From Geobacter sulfurreducens PCA (lineage in GTDB: Bacteria > Desulfobacterota > Desulfuromonadia > Geobacterales > Geobacteraceae): a DNA stretch of 32,000 nt. The position numbers and the translations under genes are program-made. Shown here piece after piece: positions 21,801 to 28,263 of the stretch (positions within the stretch are counted from its first letter, which is position 1; every line of letters starts with the position of its first letter). The notes under the pieces were generated by a model. The model saw only the letters and a program-made list of their open reading frames with translations, searched no databases and had not been told where the DNA came from. The stretch spans positions 3,510,001-3,542,000 of the forward strand of contig NC_002939.5 in assembly GCF_000007985.2 (NCBI RefSeq). The letters run 5' to 3'.

Positions 21801-21902
21801 TACTACCTGATTGCCGTTGCAGACCCTGCCAATGCAGTGGCAGAGGCGGATGAAACCAACAATACCTCTCAACCGCGCGCCATTGCGGTGACTGTACCCT
21901 AA
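15810..21902 (+). CDS. Giant secreted subtilisin-like (S8) serine protease with beta-sandwich/Fn3-like domains and nine C-terminal CARDB-like repeats
   Basis: Start at ATG 15810 (MKLRRCIASLATVGMLAMLLVQA signal peptide, AAGGGGG Shine-Dalgarno). I9-like propeptide. S8 catalytic triad contexts GIADSGVD, GHGTHIAGT and SGTSVAAAV. P-domain-like segment, an Fn3-like segment (TVAWTTDEPADSKVSYG) and an Ig-like segment, then nine ~117-aa repeats. 2030 aa in total. Confidence 0.9.
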   Translation: MKLRRCIASLATVGMLAMLLVQAEPRQVTGSGYSAETGKRQRPAPKESGSADKAIRKRWLVQFNGPVRPEQRRQLEALGCRIGDYMPTNAFVALMDDKAAKRVALLSFVEDITRFAPADKLVGTARKDLTAAPTSEIRIRKVLRVDDPADRAAVIAATLRGNGRILNVGARTITVEVPEELLAPLAQQEETAWIGEVGELRLHNSDAAWVVQTNEVDNRTIWEKGITGAGQIVGIADSGVDYDMPWFADPNGALPGPGHRKIVGYDATLGDNHDVADGHGTHIAGTICGDRGPGMPGNGIAPGARIHVQDLVGTDGTLTGSLELETVLKKAYDSGARIFNGSWGVDSGNYDALAAALDDFSWRHKDFLAVFANGNGGPAEQTATSPAIAKNATSVVATGNGTDAATVSAESSVGQAPDGRANPSVGAPGQGVVSARSDGLLGSGNSGTMAMSGTSVAAAVTSGAAALIRQYFTDGFFPTGSPVATNKLQPSAALLKAVLVNSAEALLSDDPGDSCPSKRGGWGRPKLINTLFFNGDSHSLEVVDGGTGLETDGVWQRLYFSPGGRRLKITLAWTDAPAAPGATSPLTNDLNLVVVAPDGTTYLGNDLNCSHGDYESRTGGFSDRVNVEEQVVIKRPVAGTYLVKVIGASIPVGPQPFALVMTGVTGVTSDGRIALTNSTNGTLEAPGQVSVMVTDRDINRDASAIETMTVDLLGETESNPEQVVLTETGPNTGTFTGTCRIALGGTAIHDNGALEARHGETISARYTDEINLSGYPRLVSVSARIVDSVPPTISAVGVGAQLSETSATVAWTTDEPADSKVSYGSDGSLGLSVIDGAFVSNHLLALSGLSEGQDYFFSVTSSDAAGNVSTDTNGGNNYTFRTASLPPSLEVFCSAENNETYLPTVRVFGTATDPAGIDRVTVNGQPAVWRATDGYYEATASLVPGSNTITVIATDTLNNPAGQTLTVNRTLPPFDLLVTSVVSTTNLLPSSAIRVDGTVRNEGTADAPSAEVAFYLSRGGAAAGIPLGSIPISPIPAGQSGAVSFTASLPPEVVPGVYFIVATVDPADQVAEAREDNNSLTGNPVTVGRPDLVPLTVSNTTLMSPGGTISTSLSVRNDGAASAPVSTVAAWLSVDTNLSGDDILIGTAPAAALSPGASTTVGISGVLPPGIQSGTLNIIAVVDALGEVAEADENNNRATGQPLTIGTAELSVTTVTMPASIVRGSTASATATVANTGHYAATGVRVGVYLSSDTAITTSDMFLGSGVIASLEPGASAPVSIPVPITDIVAAGTWYVGAVVDDLGMIAESDEGNNALAGNQVEILADGLDLTVQGVTAPASGTTGQPVTITATVAATMPAAASAVQFFVSRDPVITSADTYLATKAVGSFGAAGAQTVTATVTLPTTLTSDTWYLGAIADAYGVITEINETNNASAGRAITVNGPELVVESLTSASDTAYTAGTVSLASTIRSMAGAAPTHRVEFYLSTDPAITTSDIYLGYRTASLPAGGSSTATTILTIPRYLTGGDYYIGAIADPGNVIAEANENDNSLGIPLHIIGPDLQVDGLSLPGSALSGVPLTISSRAFSTQGGSGSFTVDFYLSSDQTITTGDVYLGRRTVSSLAVAGASTATATVTIPNYVFTGRYYVGAIVDPYNYVKEETETNNSTGTDQAVAVEVTGAELALASLSAPASAKPGETIAVVNALATTAGSAPSSYMEFYLSTDSIITAADRYLGGRTVSALPAGGANNAATGLKVPADILPGTYYLGAVSDPYNTVREANEADNTRTVQLTVTGRDLTVEALSGPAAALAGATIGVANAVKSAGGAVPGFDVTFYLSRDAVITRSDAYLGTRFVSGLDIDGANTVTTTLKLPNDLEGGRYYLGAIVDGGNLIPETDESNNASAAAPIDLVGADLAVSALTAPATASAGETISAQVIVTTRAGGSPYSLVNYYLSTDETVSPDDIYLGVSTIPSLGPGGGATVGKSVKLPADMEPATYYLIAVADPANAVAEADETNNTSQPRAIAVTVP
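18720..21899 (+). repeat. Nine tandem, diverged CARDB-like domain repeats (period 348-360 nt) inside the protease gene
   Basis: Repeat starts (xDL/xEL) fall at about 18729, 19080, 19434, 19794, 20142, 20490, 20850, 21198 and 21549. The shared pattern is V.N.G...A....V.FYLS.D..IT..D.YLG...V..L..G.......V.IP......G.YY.GA..D..N.V.E..E.NN. Confidence 0.8.
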
Positions 21903-21918
21903 CAACCCTTATCCTGAA

Positions 21919-21954
21919 CGCAAAAGAGCCCGGCCCCGGTCGGGCTCTTTTGCG
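21919..21954 (+). terminator. Rho-independent terminator after the protease gene
   Basis: Perfect 14-bp stem CGCAAAAGAGCCCG (21919-21932) / CGGGCTCTTTTGCG (21941-21954). Its GC core GAGCCCG/CGGGCTC is followed by TTTT. Confidence 0.8.
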
Positions 21955-22142
21955 TCCCCCCCAGAGAGTCTGGTGCCCCTGAGTGATTTCACCCGCCCAC
22001 CCTCAAAGGTGGTGGAAATCCCCCGACCGGAAAGCCATCGGTATTTACGAAGAGCAAACGGCCCATTTCATGACATTCAAATAAAGCAATAATTTCAAAT
22101 TATTAAACCAAATATTTAAAAATATAAATTCATCACCATAAA

Positions 22143-22158
22143 TGGCACCGGCGTTGCT
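22143..22158 (+). promoter_or_regulatory. Consensus sigma54 promoter TGGCAC-CGGCG-TTGCT
   Basis: TGGCAC at 22143-22148 and TTGC at 22154-22157 are an exact match to TGGCAC-N5-TTGC. The element is immediately preceded by an ~80-nt very AT-rich tract (22060-22140) and lies about 150 nt upstream of the tetraheme cytochrome start. Confidence 0.8.
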
Positions 22159-22296
22159 ATATATCTGACAAAGCCTGCCAAGCGGGGTCCTTTGGGGGAA
22201 GGGCACCAATTCATTACATGCGGGCAACAGATTCGAATGAACGAAGAAGGGGAAAGAGAGCTGAGCACTGTAATTCAATTTAAGGCAGAGAAAGGA

Positions 22297-23091
22297 ATGA
22301 ACATCATGAAAAACAGAATTCTTACCGTAGTCTGCGCCGCCGCCCTTTCCGCAGGCGCCTTGGCCGGCGTGGCCCTCGCCAAGCAGACCTACACCCCGGG
22401 AACCGGCGTGTCCAACTCGCCGCACAACATCAACAACGTGGTAACCAACGGTGACGAGTACGGCCGGGTCTGTGCCTACTGCCACACCCCGCACCATGCC
22501 ATCGTCAGCGGCGCCATTGCCGAGTACAACCCGCTCTGGTCCCACCAGGTGAACGAAGAAACCTATACTCCCTATGCATCCCGGACCTTTGACGGCGGTT
22601 CTGTCGACAACATGCAGTCCGACCCGCTCGTCGGTCCCAGCCGTCTCTGCATGAGCTGCCATGACGGCGTCATCGCCGTAAGCCAGCACTATGGAACCGC
22701 TCCGGCTGCGGGCAACGGCTCCGCCGCCGTGGGTGACAACTGGAACGAGATCAGCGTCGGCGACCTCGCTTTCGGTGAAGGCCTCACCAACGATCACCCG
22801 ATCGGGTTCGATTACGATGCGGTTGCCTCGACCGACAAAGGGAACGGCACCCTCGGCTCCGGCATCAAGGCTGCCAACACCCAGTTCTCCGTGACCCTGG
22901 CCGGTACGGGCGTTAACTATGCCGGTACCCATGACCGGAAGATCTCCGATCTTATGTACAACAACGGCAGCAAGAACATCATGACCTGCGCCAGCTGCCA
23001 CGACGTACACAACAACGAGAACCCTGAGGACTACCTCCTCATTAACAAGCAGGCCGGCTCCCAGATCTGCCTCACCTGCCACAAAAAGTAA
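22297..23091 (+). CDS. Secreted tetraheme c-type cytochrome
   Basis: Four CXXCH motifs (CAYCH, CMSCH, CASCH, CLTCH). Signal peptide M(NIM)KNRILTVVCAAALSAGALAGVALA. Start is ATG 22297 or ATG 22306, the latter with better spacing to AAAGGA. The listed ORF start at 22192 is upstream of any signal peptide. Confidence 0.85.
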   Translation: MNIMKNRILTVVCAAALSAGALAGVALAKQTYTPGTGVSNSPHNINNVVTNGDEYGRVCAYCHTPHHAIVSGAIAEYNPLWSHQVNEETYTPYASRTFDGGSVDNMQSDPLVGPSRLCMSCHDGVIAVSQHYGTAPAAGNGSAAVGDNWNEISVGDLAFGEGLTNDHPIGFDYDAVASTDKGNGTLGSGIKAANTQFSVTLAGTGVNYAGTHDRKISDLMYNNGSKNIMTCASCHDVHNNENPEDYLLINKQAGSQICLTCHKK

Positions 23092-23103
23092 CCGGCACTA
23101 TTC

Positions 23104-23119
23104 CGGCACTACTGTTGCA
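23104..23119 (+). promoter_or_regulatory. Candidate sigma54 promoter CGGCAC-TACTG-TTGCA, with an overlapping weaker copy at 23093-23108
   Basis: GG at 23105-23106 and GC at 23117-23118 with a 10-nt gap; only the first T of the consensus is missing. It is part of a direct repeat CCGGCACTA x2 (23092-23100, 23103-23111). Confidence 0.4.
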
Positions 23120-23123
23120 ACAG

Positions 23124-23157
23124 AAAAGGCCGCTGCCTTGTCGGGCAGCGGCCTTTT
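23124..23157 (+). terminator. Rho-independent terminator directly after the tetraheme cytochrome gene
   Basis: Stem AAAAGGCCGCTGCC (23124-23137) / GGCAGCGGCCTTTT (23144-23157) with a 6-nt loop. The 10-bp GC core is followed by TTTT. Confidence 0.8.
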
Positions 23158-23239
23158 CACCAACACAATCATATAAAAACCGTAATAATACGAATTTACA
23201 ACTGGTTATCATCCTCCACCCTATTCCGAGGAGGTTTTC

Positions 23240-24478
23240 ATGAAGCCGCGTTTCGCCGTAGCCCACCGTCCTTTCACACAAGCTGCCCGGCTGTTCCTGC
23301 TCTGTTCGCTGCTCTGGATCAGCGGATGTGCCGGTAAAACCGGCACTGCGGGAAAGACCTTTTTTCCGCCGCCTCCCAACCTGCCCCGGCTCCAGTACCT
23401 GATGGGGATTGCCAACTCGACCGATGTGGAAGGGAAGGATTCATCGTTTTCCCTCTTCGGGGGATTGGCCGAGCAACGCGAAAAGATCCGCTACATCGTG
23501 AAGCCGTACGGCATTACCGAGGCCGGCGGCAAGCTCTACGTGAGCGATGTGGGAACCGCCCAGATCGTCGTCATCGACCTGCCGGGCAAAAAATTCGAGC
23601 TGCTCAAGGGGGCTGCCGGACCTGGCAAGCTGACCACTCCGGCCAACGTGGCCGTGGACAAGGACGGCTTCATCTACGTGGCCGACGCGGGCCGGAGAGA
23701 GGTGGTGGTATTCACGCCGGAAGGCGATTTCCTCAAGGCCATCGGCGGGGACCGGGACATGAAGCCCGTGGATGTGGTCGTTAGCGGCGACCGGGCCTTC
23801 GTGCTCGACATCAAAAGCAGCGATATCAAAGTGTTCAACGTCAAGAGCGGCCAGTATCTCGAAAGTTTCGGCACAGCGGGCGGCCCCTTCGAGCGGCTCG
23901 CCATGCCCATCAACCTGGCCATGGACTCCAAGGGGTTTCTCTATGCCACCAACGGGGTCAGCGGCAGAGTCCTCAAATTCGACCGGGACGGCAACCTGCT
24001 GCTCTCCTTCGGCCAGATGGGTGATGGCTTCGGCCAGTTCGCCCGCCCCAAGGGAATCGCGGTGGATCCCACCGGACTGATCCACGTGGTTGACGGCGGA
24101 CATCAGAACGTTCAGCTCTTTTCGGATACGGGACGCCTGCTCCTCTTCTACGGCGACGCGGGCAAGGATAGCACCGCATCACTGAATCTCCCGGCAGGGA
24201 TCGCCTATTCCACGGCCAACCTGGAGTACTTCCAGAAAATGGCGGACTCTTCCTTCAAGCTGGACGGCGTGGTGTTCGTCACCAACCAGGGGGGGAAAGC
24301 GAACAAGGTGGCCGTGTACGGGTACGGCAAACGCGAAGGGATCGATTACGAGCAGGAGTACGAGAAAATCCGCAAGGAACTGGAAGAGCGTGCACGGAAA
24401 GCCCGCGAAAAGGAGGCCCAGGAGGGGAAGAAGGCTGGCCAGGCCGAACCCAAGGCTGCGGAACCCGCCGCGAAGTAG
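23240..24478 (+). CDS. NHL-repeat six-bladed beta-propeller lipoprotein with a charged Lys/Glu-rich C-terminal tail
   Basis: Lipobox LLWISGC. Repeated P.G(I/V)A(V/M)D..G.(I/L)YV.D......(V/I).(V/F) blades. GAGGAGG Shine-Dalgarno at 23228-23234. The tail reads EKIRKELEERARKAREKEAQEGKK. Confidence 0.85.
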   Translation: MKPRFAVAHRPFTQAARLFLLCSLLWISGCAGKTGTAGKTFFPPPPNLPRLQYLMGIANSTDVEGKDSSFSLFGGLAEQREKIRYIVKPYGITEAGGKLYVSDVGTAQIVVIDLPGKKFELLKGAAGPGKLTTPANVAVDKDGFIYVADAGRREVVVFTPEGDFLKAIGGDRDMKPVDVVVSGDRAFVLDIKSSDIKVFNVKSGQYLESFGTAGGPFERLAMPINLAMDSKGFLYATNGVSGRVLKFDRDGNLLLSFGQMGDGFGQFARPKGIAVDPTGLIHVVDGGHQNVQLFSDTGRLLLFYGDAGKDSTASLNLPAGIAYSTANLEYFQKMADSSFKLDGVVFVTNQGGKANKVAVYGYGKREGIDYEQEYEKIRKELEERARKAREKEAQEGKKAGQAEPKAAEPAAK

Positions 24479-24499
24479 CCTGATGAGGCGCGCATCGGC

Positions 24500-25087
24500 A
24501 TGAGAAGGTCTGTTGCTGTGATATGGCTGTTGCGGGTGGGGCTGGGTGCCCTTGCACTCTGCCTGACCGCCTGCGACCCCGTGGTGCGCCACAAGACCCT
24601 GTCCACCATCTTCGACGGGGTGCCGACGCTGCCGCCCACTGACGAGTACTGCGTCGACTTCGCCCGGCAGTATCACCAGGAACAGTTGGGACTGGCCAAA
24701 GTGGAGGTCAAGGAGGAAGGACCCAAGGGGTCCACCCACCTGCCCTACGGCGAGAAACGCTGCGCTGACTGTCACGGCTCCGACAAGGACAAGAGCGGCG
24801 GGTTGGTGGTGCCCAAGCAGGAACTCTGCTTCAAGTGCCATCCCGGTTTCCTCAAGGGCGCATTCCAGCATGGGCCTGCAGCCGTGGGTGATTGCCTCGC
24901 CTGCCATCTCCCCCACGCCGCGCCGAACCCGGACCTGCTCGGAGCGCCGCGGGACCAGATATGCGGCCGCTGCCACACGGAAGAACGGCTTACCAACCGG
25001 ATGCACGACCGCCTGAAGGACAGCAAGATCGCCTGCGTCGAGTGCCATGACCCCCATGCCAGCGACGCCCGCTATCTGCTGCGCTAG
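24500..25087 (+). CDS. Pentaheme c-type cytochrome lipoprotein
   Basis: Lipobox LCLTAC. Five CXXCH motifs (CADCH, CFKCH, CLACH, CGRCH, CVECH) in 195 aa. Confidence 0.85.
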   Translation: MRRSVAVIWLLRVGLGALALCLTACDPVVRHKTLSTIFDGVPTLPPTDEYCVDFARQYHQEQLGLAKVEVKEEGPKGSTHLPYGEKRCADCHGSDKDKSGGLVVPKQELCFKCHPGFLKGAFQHGPAAVGDCLACHLPHAAPNPDLLGAPRDQICGRCHTEERLTNRMHDRLKDSKIACVECHDPHASDARYLLR

Positions 25088-25096
25088 GCACCGGCC

Positions 25097-27130
25097 ATGG
25101 AACTATGGGGAAATGCAGCGAGGGGCCCGATAGGCGGTGGCATACGCATTGCCGCCGCGCTCATGGTGCTGCTCGTGCTGTCCTTCCCCTGCCCGGCCGA
25201 CGCGGCACGGCTGACGCTGTTGCGCTTCGGCAAGCTGACCCAGAACATCAGCCTGGGGTATGAATTCGATCAGCAGTCGAGCCAAAGCGACGGGGGAACC
25301 AGCCTTGACTCCACGTCCCACCGCTTCGACGAGCGTTATCGGGCCGCGTTCCGCTATGCTGTCCTCTCTCCGCGATTGTTGAACGGTTCCGTCAGGGTCG
25401 GCGCCAACCTCGAACAGGAAAACGAAGAAACCACCAACCGTTCCGCCTCCGACGGTTCGAGCCATCAATTGGAGTACAACGTAAACGGCACCTGGTTCCA
25501 GCGCAGTTGGTATCCGGTCACCTTCTTTACCTATCAGCAGTACAACAGGGTGCGCCAGGCATTCACTCCCTCCTACGACATCAAGACCGACGGCGTCGGC
25601 GCGACCCTGAGCCTCCAGAACAACTACGTACCCACCCTGTTCAACTACAGTCTCCGCTCGAACGCTACGTCGGGGGCAGGAGCCGACACGGAGAACACCA
25701 TCGAAGCCTTTCTTCTGTCGTTCTCCCACAACTACCGGAGCCTGTCCAACGCAACGCTGTCGCTGTCCCTCAACAAGAGTGACACCGTCACCAAGGGAGA
25801 GGCAACGACAACCTCTTCGGACACGCGCAGCGTCGTGTTCAAGCATCTGCTCAATCTGGGGACCACCGATCTCACCCGCACCCTCAACACCCTCGCCAGC
25901 TACGTCGACGAGACCGGCACGGTCCGGAATCACACCCTGGAGTTGAACGAAAGTCTCGACTGGTGGGTGGGCAAGGCGCTCCAAACCCACGCAATCTACA
26001 TTCACCGCGACCGCACCTTTGCCGACAGAAAAACGGTGGAGGACAGCGGGGTCGGCTGGATTCAGCATCGCCTCTATAAGAGCCTCACTACCCGCCTCGA
26101 CCTGCGGGGCAAGAACACCACCTTCGACAACAACGGCTCCATCACCGAGATCGGTGGCGGAGGAACCATCGACTATGAAAAAAAGCTGCCCGAAGAGAGC
26201 AGCCTGCTGGTGGGGGTGGGCTACAATTACGGGATCACCGACAACAAACTGGGCGCCGATGCCCTGCCGGTAATCAATGAACAGACCACGGTGCCGGACC
26301 TTCCCCCCTACGAACTTGTGATGGGACAATTGGACGTTAACCCCGACAGCATCGTCGTCCGCAACCGGGAACGGACGTTCATCTACACCCCCGGCACCGA
26401 TTACCAGGTTGTGACCGATGGCCGCGAGACCCGGATCGTCTTTCCGCAGATCCCCACGGTCGGCCCGTTTCCGATCACCGCGGGAAGCATCCTCTCCATC
26501 GATTACGAATACCGGATTGCCCCCTCCATCACCTATAGCCAGAGCGTCTATACCGGCTACGCTACCCTGTCGCTCTTTCAGGAGCGGCACCGCTTGTTCG
26601 TGCGAATCACCGACAGCAGCCAGGACGTCCTGGAAAACCGCGGGGCCGGGTCCCCTCAGCTCAGCGACTACCGGACTCTCAACCTGGGGTTTGAAAGCCG
26701 TCGGGAGTTCCTGAGTTACGGTGCTTCGTACCTCCGCATCGATTCGGACATCAACCCGAGCCAGACCTTCGAGGGCTACTCGCGCTACGTGCGCTCCTTC
26801 GGCCGGGACCTGGTGCGACTGAACCTTCGGGAGCGCTATACCCTTCATGACAACGGGGATGACCGCACGGAGTCCAGCTACACCAATACCCTCAACCTGA
26901 CGGGGGAATACCTCCGTCCGGTCACCAACTGGGCGACCATGCGCCTGATCGGGGACTACCTGATGGTGCGGGGACGTTCTCCCAGCGATGAAGTGAGTGC
27001 TTCGGTCGAGCTCAATGCCCAGTTCGGACGAACCGAACTGTCCCTCTTCTCGGAGCTGGCCTGGAAGTTTTTGCCCCAGAACACGAACCGCAGCACTGCC
27101 ATCAGGCTGCAGATCAGCAGGTCGTTCTAA
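25097..27130 (+). CDS. Large outer-membrane beta-barrel protein (porin-like), 677 aa
   Basis: N-terminal hydrophobic signal ending PADA-ARL. Long runs of alternating polar/aromatic residues rich in Y/T/N/S/R. C-terminal ...RLQISRSF with a terminal Phe, as in the OMP beta-signal. It starts 9 nt after the preceding cytochrome gene. The start codon is uncertain because no clear Shine-Dalgarno is present. Confidence 0.7.
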   Translation: MELWGNAARGPIGGGIRIAAALMVLLVLSFPCPADAARLTLLRFGKLTQNISLGYEFDQQSSQSDGGTSLDSTSHRFDERYRAAFRYAVLSPRLLNGSVRVGANLEQENEETTNRSASDGSSHQLEYNVNGTWFQRSWYPVTFFTYQQYNRVRQAFTPSYDIKTDGVGATLSLQNNYVPTLFNYSLRSNATSGAGADTENTIEAFLLSFSHNYRSLSNATLSLSLNKSDTVTKGEATTTSSDTRSVVFKHLLNLGTTDLTRTLNTLASYVDETGTVRNHTLELNESLDWWVGKALQTHAIYIHRDRTFADRKTVEDSGVGWIQHRLYKSLTTRLDLRGKNTTFDNNGSITEIGGGGTIDYEKKLPEESSLLVGVGYNYGITDNKLGADALPVINEQTTVPDLPPYELVMGQLDVNPDSIVVRNRERTFIYTPGTDYQVVTDGRETRIVFPQIPTVGPFPITAGSILSIDYEYRIAPSITYSQSVYTGYATLSLFQERHRLFVRITDSSQDVLENRGAGSPQLSDYRTLNLGFESRREFLSYGASYLRIDSDINPSQTFEGYSRYVRSFGRDLVRLNLRERYTLHDNGDDRTESSYTNTLNLTGEYLRPVTNWATMRLIGDYLMVRGRSPSDEVSASVELNAQFGRTELSLFSELAWKFLPQNTNRSTAIRLQISRSF

Positions 27131-27154
27131 CCGAGCGGACGAAAAGGAGCACAC

Positions 27155-28252
27155 ATGGAGCAATCAGTCCCGGCACGCGGCACATCCCCTGCACGCCGGC
27201 TTGCGACCGCGGCCAGGCACTGCCTGGTCCTGGCCGTGGCGAGCATCCTGGCCGCCTGCACGACCATTACGGCCGTAACACCGAACGAACCGGAGCAACG
27301 GCTGGTCTGGCCGGGACCGCCGCTCCAGCCGCGCATCGAGTGGGTGCGCGAAGTCTATAACCAGAAGGGGCTCGGGGTATCTCCCGGGTTCTGGGGCAGG
27401 ATCGCGCGGTTCGTACTGGGCGAGAAGGAGGAGCGATTCATTCGTCCCCACGGAATTCTGGCCGATGAACAGATCTTCGCCTTGGTCGATTCGGGCGCCG
27501 GGCGAGTGCACCTGATTGATCTGAAGCGAGGGACCTATCGGCTGCTGCCGGAGGAAGGCAAGACCCCGATGGTCTCACCCATCGGGATAGCCCGGGACAG
27601 CCGGGGAGCGATCTATGTAACCGACTCCGGCACCGGCCTGATCCACCGCTTTTCCGACGACGGCGACTCTTTCGTCGCGCTGGACCTCCGCCCGCTTCAC
27701 CGCCCCACCGGCATCGCCTTCAACCCGGTAACGGGCCTGCTGTACGTGGCGGAAACCGGCGCCCACCGGATCGTAGCCTTCGATTCGGCGGGCAAGGAAA
27801 CCCTGCGCATTGGCGGGAGCGGCATGGAGCCCGGCGCCTTCAACTTCCCCACCGACCTGGCCGTGATGGCCGATGGACGCCTTCTGGTAACCGACTCCCT
27901 CAACAGCCGGATTCAAATCTTCACGGCAGACGGGAAGCCGGCGGGAAGCTTCGGCGAGGCCGGGGATACTCCCGGTCGCTTCACCCGCCCCAAGGGGGTC
28001 GCAGTGGACAGCGAAGGGCATATCTACGTCTGCGACAGCCAGCAGGACATGGTTCAGATCTTCGACGAGACGGGCCGGCTGCTCCTGGCCTTCGGCGACA
28101 AGGGAAGCCTCCCCGGCCAGTTCTGGATGCCTTCCGGCATCCATATCGCCAATGACATGATCTATGTCTCCGATACGTATAACCAGCGGGTACAGGTCTT
28201 CCGCTACCTGAAGGAAGAGCCCTGGGGGCAGGACCCCCACACCCCCGACTAA
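27155..28252 (+). CDS. NHL-repeat six-bladed beta-propeller lipoprotein
   Basis: Lipobox SILAAC. Six recognisable blades (PHGILAD, PIGIARDSRGAIYVTD, PTGIAFNPVTGLLYVAE, PTDLAVMADGRLLVTD, PKGVAVDSEGHIYVCD, PSGIHIANDMIYVSD). AAGGAG Shine-Dalgarno at 27144-27149. Confidence 0.85.
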   Translation: MEQSVPARGTSPARRLATAARHCLVLAVASILAACTTITAVTPNEPEQRLVWPGPPLQPRIEWVREVYNQKGLGVSPGFWGRIARFVLGEKEERFIRPHGILADEQIFALVDSGAGRVHLIDLKRGTYRLLPEEGKTPMVSPIGIARDSRGAIYVTDSGTGLIHRFSDDGDSFVALDLRPLHRPTGIAFNPVTGLLYVAETGAHRIVAFDSAGKETLRIGGSGMEPGAFNFPTDLAVMADGRLLVTDSLNSRIQIFTADGKPAGSFGEAGDTPGRFTRPKGVAVDSEGHIYVCDSQQDMVQIFDETGRLLLAFGDKGSLPGQFWMPSGIHIANDMIYVSDTYNQRVQVFRYLKEEPWGQDPHTPD

Positions 28253-28263
28253 AGGTGGACACC

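Noticed and set aside
22169-22296. Possible c-di-GMP/cGAMP (GEMM-I) riboswitch in the long leaders of the cytochrome genes (also 15685-15809 and 30216-30420)
   Set aside because: Geobacter often places GEMM-I elements before cytochrome genes, so I looked for one. ACAAAGCCTGCC at about 22160 is superficially similar to the GCAAAGCC core. However, the paired GGCAAACC...GAAA...GGTAGCGGGGTTACC elements are absent from all three leaders.
25103-27163. 686-aa ORF on the minus strand, antisense to the beta-barrel gene
   Set aside because: It is a shadow ORF typical of high-GC DNA. The translation is Gly/Arg/Ala/Val/Pro-rich with no recognisable motifs. It fully overlaps a + strand gene that has a signal peptide, OMP-like composition and operon context.
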